Positions 13,254 through 25,120 of a stretch of DNA of 64,000 bases are shown here, piece after piece. The notes beneath the pieces are model-generated. The model did not search any database. It saw only the letters and a list, made by a program, of their open reading frames with translations, and was not told the origin of the DNA. A program made the position numbers and the translations under genes. Position 1 is the first letter of the stretch; each line of letters begins with the position of its first letter. This stretch comes from Heterodontus francisci. Lineage: Eukaryota. The stretch lies in NCBI RefSeq assembly GCF_036365525.1, contig NC_090387.1, forward strand, positions 56,385,752 to 56,449,751, read 5' to 3'.

Positions 13254-14004
13254 ATGGAAATGTCCTGGGGAAAGTTGATGTCCAGAGAGATTTGGGTGTT
13301 CAGGTCCATTGTTCCCTGAAGGTGGCAACGCAGTTCAATAGACTGGTCAAGAAGGCATACGGCATGCTTTCCTTCATCGGGCGGGGTATTGAGTGCAAGA
13401 GTTGGCAGGTCATGTTACAGTTGTATAAGACTTTGGTTCGGCCACATTTGGAATACTGCGTGCAGTTCTGGTCGCCACATTACCAAAAGGATGTAGATGC
13501 TTTGGAGAGGGTGCAGAGGAGGTTCACCAGGATGTTGCCTGGTATGGAGGGCGCTAGCTATGAAGAGAGGTTGAGTAGATTAGGATTATTTTCATTAGAA
13601 AGACGGAGGTTGAGGGGGGACCTGATTGAGGTGTACAAAATCATGAGAGGTATAGACAGGGTGGATAGCAAGAAGCTTTTTCCCAGAGTGGGGGATTCAA
13701 TTACTCGGGGTCACGAGTTCAAAGTGAGAGGGGAAAAGTTTTGGGGGGGATATGCGTGGAAAGTTCTTTACACAGAGGGTGGTGGGTGCCTGGAACGCGT
13801 TGCCAGCGGAGGTGGCAGATGCGGGCACGATAGCGTCTTTTAAGATGTATCTAGACAGATACATGAATGGGCAGGAAGGTAAGAGATACAGACCCTTAGA
13901 AAATAGGCGACAGGTTTAGATAGAGGATCTGGATCGGCGCAGGCTTGGAGGGCCGAAGGGCCTGTTCCTGTGCTGTAATTTTCTTTGTTCTTTGTTTTGT
14001 TCTT
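13254..14004 (+). mobile_element. Young 5'-truncated CR1 LINE nested in the 5' UTR of the 13170-16178 LINE
   Basis: ORF 13229-13843 VQRDLGV..LVRPHLEYCVQFWSP..LERVQRRFTRMLPGM; CpG-rich; tail (ttctttg)n. Confidence 0.93.
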
Positions 14005-15806
14005 CGTCATAAAACCCACGTGGTTCGCTAATGTCCTTTAAGGAAGGAAATCTGTCACCCTTATCTGGCCTACATGTGACTCCAAACCCATGGAAATGTG
14101 GTTCACTTTTCACTACCCTCTGAAATGGCCTAACAAGCCACTCAGTTGTATCAAACCCCTACAGAAAAGTCAAATATAAAACCGGATGGACCACCCAGCA
14201 TTGACCTAGGCACTGGACATGAGAAAGACACACCCAGCCCAGTCGACATTGCAAAATCCTCCTCACTAACATCTAGGGCCTTGCGCCAAAATTGGGAGAG
14301 CTGACCCACAGACTAGTTAAACAACAGCCTGACATAGTCGTACTCACAGAATCATAACTTTTAGCCAATTTTCCAGACTCCGTCACCATCCCTGGGTATG
14401 CCCTATTGCACTGGTAGGAAAGACACACCAGAGGTGGCGGTACAGTGGTATACAGTCAGGAGGGAGTGCCTGGGAGTCCTCAACATTGACTGCAGACCCC
14501 ATGAAGTCTCATGGCATCAGTTCAAACATAGGCAAGGAAACCTCATGCTAATTACCACCTACTGCCCTCCCTCAACTAATGAATCAGTGTTCCTCCATGT
14601 TGAGCACCACTTGAAAGAAGCACTGGGCATAGCAAGGGCACAGAATGTACTCTGGGAGACTTTAATGTCCATCACCAAGAGTGGCTTGTTAGCACCACGA
14701 CTGACCCAGCTGGCCAAGCCCTATAGGACATAACTGCCAGACTGGGCCTGCAGCAGATAGTGAGAACCAACACAAGGGAAAAACCTGTTTCAGCTCATTG
14801 TCACCAATCTACCTGTTGCAGATGCATCTGGCCATGACAGTATTTGTAGGAGTGACCACTGCACAGTCCTTGTAGAAACAATTCCTGTCTTCAGACTGAG
14901 GACACCTACCATCATGTTGTGTGGCACTACCACTGTGTGAAATGGGATAGATTTAGAACAGATCAAACAGCTCATAACTGGGCTTCCATGAGGTGCTCTA
15001 GGCCATCAGCAGCAGCAGAACTGTATTCCACCACAATCTGTAACCTCATGATGTGGCATATCTCTCATGCAAACATTTCCATCAAGCCAGTGGACCAACC
15101 CTGGTTCAATGAGAAATATAGGAAAGCATGCCAAGAGCAGCGCCAGGCATACCTAAAAATGAAGTACCAATCTGGTGAAGCTATAACACAATACTACATG
15201 AATGATAAAGAGAGGAAGCAGCATGCTATAGACAGAGCTTAGCGATCCCACAACCAACAGGTCAGATCAAAGCTCTGCAGTCCTGCCACATACAGTGAAT
15301 GGTGAACAATTCAACAACTAATTGGAGGATGGGGCTCCACAAATATCCCCATCCTCAATGAAGCAGGGCCCAGCATGTCAGTGTAAAAGACAAGCCTGAA
15401 ATGTTTGTGACCATCTTCAGCCAGAAGTGCTGAGTTGATGATCCGTCTCAGCCTCCTCCTGAGGTCCCCAGCATCATAGATGTCAGTCTTCAGACAATTC
15501 GATTCACTCCACGTGATATCAAGAAACAGTTGAGCGCACTGGATACAGCAAAAGCTATGGGCCTGATAATACCTTGGCTGTAGTGCTGAAGACTTGTGCT
15601 CCAGAATTAGCCGTGCCCCGAGCCAAGCTTTTTTAGTACAGCTACAGCACTGGCATCTACCCCTCAATGTGGAAAATTGACCAGGTATGTCCTGTCCACA
15701 AGAAGCAGGACAAATCCAATCCAGCCTATTACCAACCCATCAGCCTACTCTCAATCATCAGCAAAGTAATGAAAGGTGTAATTGACAGTGCTATCAAGCG
15801 GCACTT

Positions 15807-15926
15807 GGACTGCAGCGGTTCAAGAAGGCGGCTCACCACCACCTTCTCAAGAGCAATTAGGGATGGGCAATATATGCTGTCCTAGCCAGCAACACTCACA
15901 TTCCATCAATGAACGAATAAAAAAAA
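15807..15926 (+). mobile_element. 120-bp 3'-end copy of the same LINE family inserted into its own RT region
   Basis: ggactgcagcggttcaagaaggc...gaacgaataaaaaaaa splits the ORF at gcactt|...cttattcacc; short duplication actt. Confidence 0.8.
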
Positions 15927-16439
15927 CTTATTCACCAATAACCTGTTGAGTTTGGGTTCCGCCATGACCACTTGGCTTCAGACTTCATTGCAGCCTTGGT
16001 CCAACCATGGACAAAAGAGCTGAATTCCAGAGGTGAGATGAGAGTGACTGCCCCTTGACATCAAGGCAGTACCTGACCAAGTATGGCATCAAGGAGCCCT
16101 AGTAGTATTGAAGTCAATGGGAACCGGGGGTGGGGGGGGGGAAATGTCTCCACTCACTGGAGTCATACCTAGCACAAAACCCTTTCTGTCACTGTCCCAG
16201 TCTGTAGACTGGAAATTTGACAATTTGGTCACAGTTTAAATATAAATTCTAATACTGGTGACAGTGCTATCATATTTAGATCTCTCTTAGAATTGTTCTG
16301 GTGGATTGATGCAGCTTTTAAAAAATTGAGGTGAAGGATGCTCCTATATTTTTATGTTTGTTGTCCAAATTCCAATAAACACTCCATATCAAGCACTCCA
16401 TATCAAGAATAGCACAGGTCACTAAAACGGTAGAGGTCC

Positions 16440-17392
16440 AGTCATGCCAACATGCTTTGTTGAATGATAATTTTCTTTAGTCCATTGACTGGAGATCTGA
16501 ATTTATATTTTTTGAAGAAATTTAAGAGAGAACAGAAGTATGACCTTGCTGGTAGCTTAGGATGACCATCTAATTTGCAACACTGTATCTTACATTACAA
16601 GGCTTGTGAGGTAGAGACAAAATGGCTGCTCATCCCAGCAAGAACCAAGACCCAGGAAGTTTAAGGGAACTACCTGTACTTTTTTGCAAGAGGAGAAACA
16701 CTGCCACCATGTTTGAATCACTGGGTGACTGTCATGTGACAAGCCCCTCCTCCTCTGTGGTTTTAAATGTGAGAGGAGAAGCTTCTGGACTCTGACAATG
16801 TGCGAACCCAAATGGGGGTCCCTTTCTCCTTTTCAGCTTACAAGCTTCGAACTCTGCCTGTTGACGGACCACCTTTGCATACTCTGGCTGCAATCAGAAA
16901 CCTCGTTGGAGGAAATCTTCTGCATTGCTGTCTCCAAGAGACCCACCGAGCCAGTCATGTACTTGTTCAAACTAAAAGCCTCGGGACCACTGAATTCAGC
17001 TAGAAGCCAGCGAATCACCAAAGGCCACAGACTGTATACCCCTTTTTCCTATGGAATCTAACTCAACCAATCTACCTTTCCCCACTCTGTAACCTATTTG
17101 TGCATGTGTAAACCTCTCGCGCGTGTATGTGTGAGTGTGTGTGTGTGTAAGTTGGTGAGTAGTTTATTATTTTAATTAGTTCAGTTTAGGTACAATAAAG
17201 TTAACCTCCTTCTTTGTTAAACTCAAGAAAACCTGTCCGATTGGTTCCTGTTATGATCATAGCAAGTAAGTAATCGAACACCTACTGAATTGGCCAATAT
17301 ATCCACTTTAAGAAAGAATTAAACCTGTTGTGGTCAAAATAGGAGGGGGAAAAGAGGGAAGCTCTTCAACCCCTCCTCTCTTGACCATAACA
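16440..17392 (+). mobile_element. Solo LTR (probably Gypsy-type)
   Basis: Ends ...ccataaca, starts agtcatg (TGTCA-like); flanked by gtcc at 16436-16439 and 17393-17396; AATAAA at ~17194; gtcatgtgac motif as in the other two LTRs. Confidence 0.72.
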
Positions 17393-17714
17393 GTCCGTCC
17401 AGTGTATTCACATTCTAGATTGTCATTTGACTTCAAGTCATCCTTATGGACTTTCAAAGTAAGGACAGTAATTTATTGATGGACTATGGTAGTTTTATTG
17501 CTGTCGATTTGTGTATGATTATGTAATGGTTTGACATTATCAAACTAACTTCAATGAGGACTGTTACAGCCTTCAGAAAACTGTCAGCTTAATCAGACAT
17601 TTTAGAACTTAATACTTGATTGAACATTGCAATATAAATTATGTAATAACATCGCTAGGTTTTGTCAGGGATACTGTTAGGTTAGTGTTTTTTGTTACAC
17701 AATAAAGAGCAGCA

Positions 17715-17826
17715 TCAGAGGGTCCTAGAACTGGAAAGTGGGATTAGGCAAGATAGCTATCAGCCAACACATACACGAGGAGCTGAATGGCTTCCTTCTG
17801 TGTTGTAAACTTTCTACATTTATATG
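17715..17826 (+). mobile_element. Old CR1 3'-end fragment
   Basis: ctggaaagtgggattagg...agctgaatggcttccttctgtgttgtaaactttcta. Confidence 0.65.
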
Positions 17827-18364
17827 TTTCAAGTTTAAATTTAAGGTACTGTTGAATTTAAAATGAGATTTAAAGCAACAATTTTGCTTTTCTTAAGATG
17901 GATTTTATTTGTTGCTGCTATAATTTTAAAAATTATTGTGAGGCAGTCAACCAAATGAAGTGAAATTCCCCAGGAATCCCCTCTTGGCACACTTTAACCC
18001 CTTATGCTGATGGCAACTACCTGCCCACCAAAATCCAAACAGAGTGGCCTACGAGCATATGAATAAAAATTTGAATCACTTTTTTTAAGTTTTTCAAAAA
18101 ATACATTTTATTTAGCCACTCAGTCAGAATGAAAAGCAACATCTATGTCTCCATGGTTGTCAGAGATAAACCAAAACTTCAAAGTCTTGTTGGGGCATTA
18201 TTAAAGCGCTCCTACTGTTTGATTCCTACAGTGAAAAATAATTTAAATAAAAAAGTAAAGATGCTAAGGTATGGGAAGGAGATTCTCTTTGCTCATGAAG
18301 AGCAACTATATAATTTTCTTATGGCACTAACTATTGCTCTCTTCCCCACTGTGCGTTCTATAAG

Positions 18365-18715
18365 AGGCCTGAACTATGATCTGATGACATGAGTTCAAAT
18401 TCTGCATGGCAGCTGGGGAATTTAAATTCAATTAATTAAAAAAATCTGAAATTTAATAAAAGCTAGTATCAGTAATGGTGATCATGAAACTACCGGATTA
18501 TCGTAAAAACCCATCTGGTTCATGAATGTCCATTTAGGGAAGGAAATCTGGATTTCTTATCCAGTATGACCTTTATATGACTTCAGAACCACTCAACATG
18601 GTTGACTCTTAGCTACCCTCAGAAATGGCCGAGCAAGTCACTCAGTTGTGTGGGATGGACAATAAATGCTGGTTTTGCCAGTGACGTCCATATCTGTAAG
18701 TGAATAAAAAAAAAC
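18365..18715 (+). mobile_element. tRNA-type SINE composed of LINE 5' UTR plus LINE 3' tail
   Basis: B-box-like gagttcaaattc at ~18391; body matches 13170-14149 (minus the nested CR1); tail gggatggacaataaatgctgg..gccagtgacgtccatat..gaataaaaaaaaa matches 15860-15926 and 39440-39501. Confidence 0.85.
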
Positions 18716-19005
18716 TCCACATAAGTCACATGTAGAAAGGCAGCAGTTCCATGCCAGAACCTTGTTATCATAATCACATCCTAAAGACATAAAGCTTCAC
18801 TTCCTTTATTTGGTTCAGGAATAATGTGTTGCATGTTGATTCACTATTGCTTTCATTAGCCTATGGAAAGGTGCTTTGACAACTATAAAATTCCAAATGT
18901 ATCCATATTTTCACCTCCTTGTAGTATTTAAAACATTTTAACATTTGAAATCAAAAAGCGGGAAAGTGCTATCAGTGAAATCAGACACTATTTAAAAGGT
19001 ACAAT

Positions 19006-19711
19006 GGCCCAGATTTTGCGGTCAGCGGCAAAGGAAGGGCACTAGCTATTGATCTGTAAAAAAGCTGTTCACTAAGATTTAGTGGGCCCTTAAGCATGGA
19101 TTTCCTGTATTCTGCTGTGACCTTGAATTTGGCACCATTTGTGGCTTCTAGCAACAGTGCAAGCAGCAAGCAATCCGATTGAAGAATTTTCACAGCCGAC
19201 AAAGCAGGAAATAGAAAGCAGGAATTATAATTCACATTTTGACCATTGTACAGAAAGCAAAATAGAGCTCAAGGCATACACATGGACCTAAGGAAGAAGC
19301 TGAAATATCAAAAACTGTAAAAAAAAAAGTAATTTTCATGATTTTAACAGTCATGCAATTTTAAATTTTATTCTGAGGGAATGAGACTCCACACTAATAA
19401 AATTAGCTTTTCGGGGCCAGAAAGATTATTCAGTAATTCTGACTTGGTATGCTATTAAAAACTCAGTTACTCCTGATCGAACAAGACTTCACATTTTCAG
19501 TGGTTTTTACAGCAAGAATAGTGCATAATAAGTTGAAGTTTGTGTCACATCAACAGGGTACCCTATGTAGGACAGGATGTTACTGACAGCAACTTCTGGA
19601 TTTCCATGTTTAACTGCTAATATGCAGACCCAGAAGCTGTTGTTAATTCTACACAGTAAAGATAGTTAGTGCTGACAGTTTTGCCATCATTACAACTGCA
19701 AATTCCGTGCC
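19006..19711. mobile_element. Harbinger-type MITE (family shared with 50411-51349)
   Basis: Termini ggcccagattttgc / gcaaattccgtgcc; flanks aat/act; colinear in reverse with 50411-51349. Confidence 0.78.
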
Positions 19712-19810
19712 ACTATTTGGTAATATTAGAGCTGTTTGAAACCACTTCTATAATCTATTTTATGGTTCAATGAATACCTCTTAACCTGACAGGAGGTTTG
19801 TTGACATGCT

Positions 19811-20465
19811 GGCCTGGAGTTCCTGTTCAAAAAGGTCACCCAAAATTGACCAAACCAGCACAAAAGATGAGGAATTTCAAGTGCAAATTACTTCGAGTGC
19901 AAATAGAGCTTTTGTGATCTTTGACACTAAAAAACTTTGCACTGAAGCTGGCTCCACCCACAAAACTAGCCATGCCCCCAGACTGAATTAATCACCATTG
20001 TACATTTTGGCTAATTGCACCCTTTTGCAGGCTTTGAAAGAGGCTCTTAAAATTAGGCATTTTTGTAGGTGCAAGGACCCTGATATGCACATTTTAAAAG
20101 CTTTTAATTTTTAAAAATTTACTAAGAAATTGACTACACCGATGTAACTAGTAAATGATTATAGTCTTTTTAAGTCATTTTCAGTTATTCAAAATTATGT
20201 ACTCACAGGTGATGGACTAGATGCTATGATTAGAAATGTTTATCTTTGTCATAAACCTCATGGAATTTTTTTTAATGCAAACAGTTTTTTTAAATTGTTC
20301 TAAAATGCACCCAATTATGCTGGTTGATGGAAGACTTTACGTTTGCAGATATGCAAATAGTTTTGAGCAGAAGCTTGAGCAAAAAGAACTTCTAAGAACT
20401 AGCGCAATATTAAGCACAATTTGCACCCAGACCGTTGACTGCACCCAAAGTAGAAACTCTTGGCC
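19811..20465. mobile_element. Harbinger-type MITE
   Basis: Termini ggcctggagtt / aactcttggcc with 3-bp TSD gct; internal inverted gtgcaaatt / aatttgcac. Confidence 0.65.
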
Positions 20466-22069
20466 GCTAAGTTTTAGTTGCCTGTCCATATCTTTACACA
20501 ATATTAATTGAATTTCCTGTAACTCCTGGGCACTTCATTCACACATTTCAAGCTTCAGGGAAAGTTAAATGATAGCAGAGTTAGGGAGGACATGAAGCGG
20601 AATATGGATTTACACTTCTAAATTATACTTCTAACCAAAGTGGAAGCTCTCACTTTGTGAGTGTTAAATTGCACCAAAAACTTCATTACGATCATTTTGA
20701 AAAGTGGTCATAAGATTAAAACTTAATAATTTCAAGTGACAGCCTTAGTTGATGAATTAGAAAAAGAAAAGTCTGATAATTTACAGTATAGAGCACTTTG
20801 AATGAAGGATGAGGCAAAGAAGTGAAGTATAATCCAATAAAAGTGGTTCTGAGTACAAAATTGTTACTTATAACTGAGCAAAATTAAAATTGTCACTTCT
20901 ATAAGATGCAGTGCTGCCCGGTCCTCAAGTCTTGTTCTTACATTCAAGATCCACAGACTTGCCTGTTGACCTTCGAATTACTCCATTTGCAACAGCATTG
21001 ATAGTGTAATAAATGTGGCAACTGGTCCCTCTTCTGCCATATCGTAATTCAGAGCTGTTAGTTTATAAGGTGAAAGTACAGACAGAGTGTTCATTACTGC
21101 AAAGCTGACGGGTTGTCAATAGCACTGCTTTTTAGTTTGTTCTAGTCAGCATTTGCTGAACGTTTTGTTGCACCATTGGGAAATGTATACAACAAGATTA
21201 TACATTGGAATACTGCAGGACCACATGAAGAAAAACCAACAAATGATAAATTATACACTTGCTGGTACGTGACACACTATCTTGTGCTATTAAATCCTTG
21301 AGATAATTGGAATAAATTGCAATTACAACCTGAGACTTACCCTCTGATACATCTATCGGCAATTTTAATAGTAACACACCAATCCACTAAAAATATTCTT
21401 CACAAAATAATCAAAATACCGGTGTTCTCAATGTGCTAAGTCCAGCTTCACACTCATAACTTCAGTGGAAACCTTGTTTGTACTTGTAAAGGGGCTTTCT
21501 ACTGAAGTTACAGCAGTGGAGCAGAAGATGGCCTTAATAAAATTCTCATTGATAATGTATGTCTTTTACAATGCAATAATTGTTTAGGGGGAAATGACGT
21601 CAGGATAAATGGGTATTAGCAATATTTTCCTGGATTATTCTGTCACAGATATCTTAAAACTATTTGGCCCTGCCAGTTTGTTCCTAAACCCCAATTATTA
21701 AATATTAAAGAAAGATGTGAGTTTGACTCTCCAGTTAGATAAATTGAAAAGGCTTAATCACTTGCAGTGACTCTCTATATTCTGTGGCACTGATGTTCCT
21801 TCCAAGCCACCCACAGAGAACATAGAGTAAAATAAAATGAGACACGTAAGCAGTTGATTTACAAATGGATATAGTTTCCAATCCCCTAAAGTATAGGGGA
21901 AAATAATACAAGAATAAAACACAATCACATTAAACTTACTTGAAGTATCATCAAAGTATGATGAAAAACTATGGTCGCATTGCATTAACTAATTTTACAT
22001 TTGATCTATTGTGACAGTGGTCATTGGTTTTTCAGATCAAGATTGACAATATACCCATTGGAAAGTTCT

Positions 22070-22500
22070 TAAGGAATTTACCCAGTATGTTATACTCTTG
22101 TTATCTGTGTTCCCTCCTCTACTGAAGGAGGACACTCCTGTCAATGTAGATTTCACATGTGCCGGCTACCTTTAAGCATTCTGCCCAAATCTCATTGGTC
22201 AAGTATTAGCCCAGACAGTGACTGTTGGTAAGCTATTGAATGGTGGGGGTATCACAGCTGATCCCAATCCTGCACTCACTTCTGCAGTAGTCCAGCAGGG
22301 AGGTCATTGAATAATTGTCAGGAGTGAAAACCCTTGCTGATTTTTCAGCTGTGTAGCCTAGCGACATTGAGGCCAATTAAAATACCCCTATTGCCATCAC
22401 AGCAGAGATCAACTCAATCAGTGCAAACCAAGAACCAAAAGCATGATCTTCCTGATCTGTATGATTCAGTTACACACCAGATATAATTTAGCAAGCTGTG
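22070..22500 (-). mobile_element. Old SINE-like repeat (similar relics at ~11880-12255 and ~33420-33600)
   Basis: Recurrent motifs between copies by eye; degenerate tRNA-like head at the right end. Confidence 0.4.
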
Positions 22501-23049
22501 TTAACTTTTTCATAACATTTAATTTTAAAAACAAATCCTAATTTATTTTTTACACGCAGCTGCAACAAAATATAATCTATACCGTTTTGTGTATTAGATC
22601 GGGATGAGAAATAATTTTGATTTAAATTGATGCTATATTTAGGTAGGAAATGTGAAACTCATCAAGTAATATTGTTTATTGATTTCCATTTTGAAACATT
22701 GTATAGTCGGCTTCAATAAATCATGGCAAATTTTATAAATCTTTGTTCACTGTATGCACATGAATTACCAAGTAACATAGAACTTTGATTTTGATTTTTG
22801 TAAAAAGATCAAGCTGATGAAAATGATTCGCAACACAGTCTTATGTTAATTTTACTGGTAATTACACAGTAATACTTGCATCTATGTCTCGCTTTATCAA
22901 AGCATTTCAAAATGCTCCATACAATGACTTCCTTTGAAATACAACAACTTAATATATAGGCAAATTAAAATAAAGATAACCATAGAATTTCTATTGAAAT
23001 AATTCTGTTTAAAAATGCAATTCCTCCTCTTTTTTTTTACACAGTTCTG

Positions 23050-23780
23050 ATGGGCATCATCATCATCCATCAGTAAAGACATTGACAATAGCTTGCCTAA
23101 ATCCAACAGCTCTTTTGGTCACCTCTCTAAATCAGTTTGGAAAAATTTCAAGGTGTACATAGCTGTTGTTATTGCTACCCTCTTGTATGGCTCAGAATCT
23201 TGTGTCCTGTACAGTAAACAAATTAAGCTACCATCAACACTGCTTGTGCTCCATCATGAATATCAAATGGCAGGACTACAATACAAATATTGAAGTCCTT
23301 AGAAGAGTGAATTTACACAGCACTGAGAACATTCTCCTACAACGACAGCTGCACTGGACAGGGCATGTGTCACGCATGGAGTGCACCAGAATGCCAAAAG
23401 CAGAGCTGTATGGAGAACTGTGCCATGGGAAGTGGATTCGAGGTGCTCCGTGAAAATGTTTCAAGGACCAGCTGTAGAAACAACTCTCCTTCGCTGACAT
23501 TGAACAACGGATGTGGGAGCAGGAAGCTGCTGACAGGAACAACTGGCACTCAATAATCAGGAGTGCTACGCCAGGTTTGAGTCCTTAAGATGCGAAGCTG
23601 TAGGAGAGAAACGTTGAAAACGGAAGGAAGCTGCTTCTGCCCAGGCTCCTTGTGCCCCAAATGTTTAAGAGCCTACAGGTCCAGAATTGGACTGTTTAGC
23701 CACCAGCAAGTGCGCCAGCACCCATAGAGCAGTATATTCCCTTGATCCTTTTCTTCAAAGAATTAGCCATCATCATCATC
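23050..23780 (+). mobile_element. Degenerate RTE LINE 3' fragment
   Basis: KVYIAVVIATLLYGSES, IKWQDY.TNIEVL, QLHWTGHVSRME..RMPK..LYGEL; tail (cat)n. Confidence 0.85.
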
Positions 23781-23784
23781 TAAT

Positions 23785-24142
23785 GGACAGAATTTTTAGG
23801 CCCCGAAGAGGGCAGACACGGAAGTGGGTGAGCTCAAAAATTCACGCCGTTGACCGGTGTGCCGGTTTCCCGGCTCCATCCCACCACCAGACCAGTTGTC
23901 CCTGGCGAGGCCCAACCATCACTTACCTCTGTAAAGGGCAATGTCCATCTTTCCCCTTCTTGCTGGGTGAAGTCCCAGCAATGGCCACCATTCCCGGTGC
24001 CGTTGCTGGGCCTGAAGAACTGCCCACCTTCTGATTGGGTGGCAGCTCTTGGAGGCGTGGCTTTCAGGCCCAGAAGAGGTGGGCTCTCCCTCAACTTTTC
24101 ATCAGGTGGGTGGGGCCACTGCTTCGACATTAAATTCTGGCT
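23785..24142. mobile_element. Harbinger-type MITE
   Basis: Termini ggacagaattt / aaattctggct, TSD aat; internal similarity to 35598-36390. Confidence 0.7.
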
Positions 24143-25120
24143 AATTGTCTTTAATCAAATGATTTCTAACTAGATGTTTCTGCATCCCACCCACAGAATT
24201 CAATACTCAAATCCCAAAGTTAAGCTGCAGGATCCTGTGCATAAAAGTATACAGACTGTATAGTGAACACAACTTTGTCAGATTAGCTAATTAAATTGTT
24301 GTTTTTAAAAGACAGTTCATATGTGAATTCAAATACTTGTCTTGTTTTTCTTTAGCTTGGCTTTGAATAGAGAACTGATTTGCATTTTCTGAGGAGGAGA
24401 TGTGGGTAAATTATCATAAGGTATCATTACTTTGCATATATTACATCACATAAACCATCAAAATATATTAAGGAAAAAGATATTTGATGGTAGATGTGTC
24501 ATAATTCATATTGTGATAAAGCTTGCTGTACTCCATTGCTGGGATCAATACAAATCATTGCAGTAATCATATATTGATGTTTCTGGAATATACTCCATTT
24601 AAAACATTTTATCCCCATGAGTAGAAGCCATAGAGGCCATGAAAGGAGTTAGTCAGCTCCTTGACCTTGGCAGCAGTACTGAATCGATTAAAGCTGCAAA
24701 AGTAAGTCGTGGAAAGGTTAACACTTGTTGGTCAAAAATGCAATTACAATACATTAGCGTTTTTGTAAAGTATTAAGGTTACAATAAGTTAATTAGTAGC
24801 AGTTTCTCATCCTGAGCTATTTCGAAGAAAGAAGGCTTTATTGATTCTCATGTAAATTTTGCAAATACTTAGTACTGTTTGATTATCTTTCCCATTTTCT
24901 CACAGACTGGAAGTGATTAAGCTGTCATAACATTATCAGAAAAAAAGAGATTGGAGCATATATGTGAGTAGGTTAGTCACTGCAACCTTTGAGAAATCAG
25001 CTAGTAAAGAGTCTTGAATATAAACCTAATTTTATATGTCTGGTTGAGTGTACAATTCGTGTTTGCCCAAAACCTGACAGCCATCTAATGTTAGCTAATA
25101 GTTGAGGCTGGTGTAAACCT

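Larger units (their letters stand above)
13170..16178 (+). mobile_element. Single-ORF CR1-group LINE: SINE-like 5' UTR, APE endonuclease and RT N-terminus, 3'-truncated, with two nested insertions
   Basis: APE start (TNI.GL.PKLGEL.HRLVKQQPDIVVLTES) at ~14265, LITTYCPPS, SDH motif (agtgaccac), PWFNE, WKI..VCPVHKK..SNPAYYQPISLLS, RVTA near 16040; 5' part 13170-13253 plus 14005-14149 matches the SINE at 18417-18649. Confidence 0.88.

Noticed and set aside
16380-16407. Short tandem duplications (cactccatatcaag x2; also ~38402-38441 and ~50802-50840)
   Set aside because: Ordinary local slippage duplications with no sign of function
21334-21395. Possible 46-nt minus-strand exon with strong GGTAAGT donor
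   Set aside because: Short, not a multiple of three, peptide unrecognised and no partner exons found
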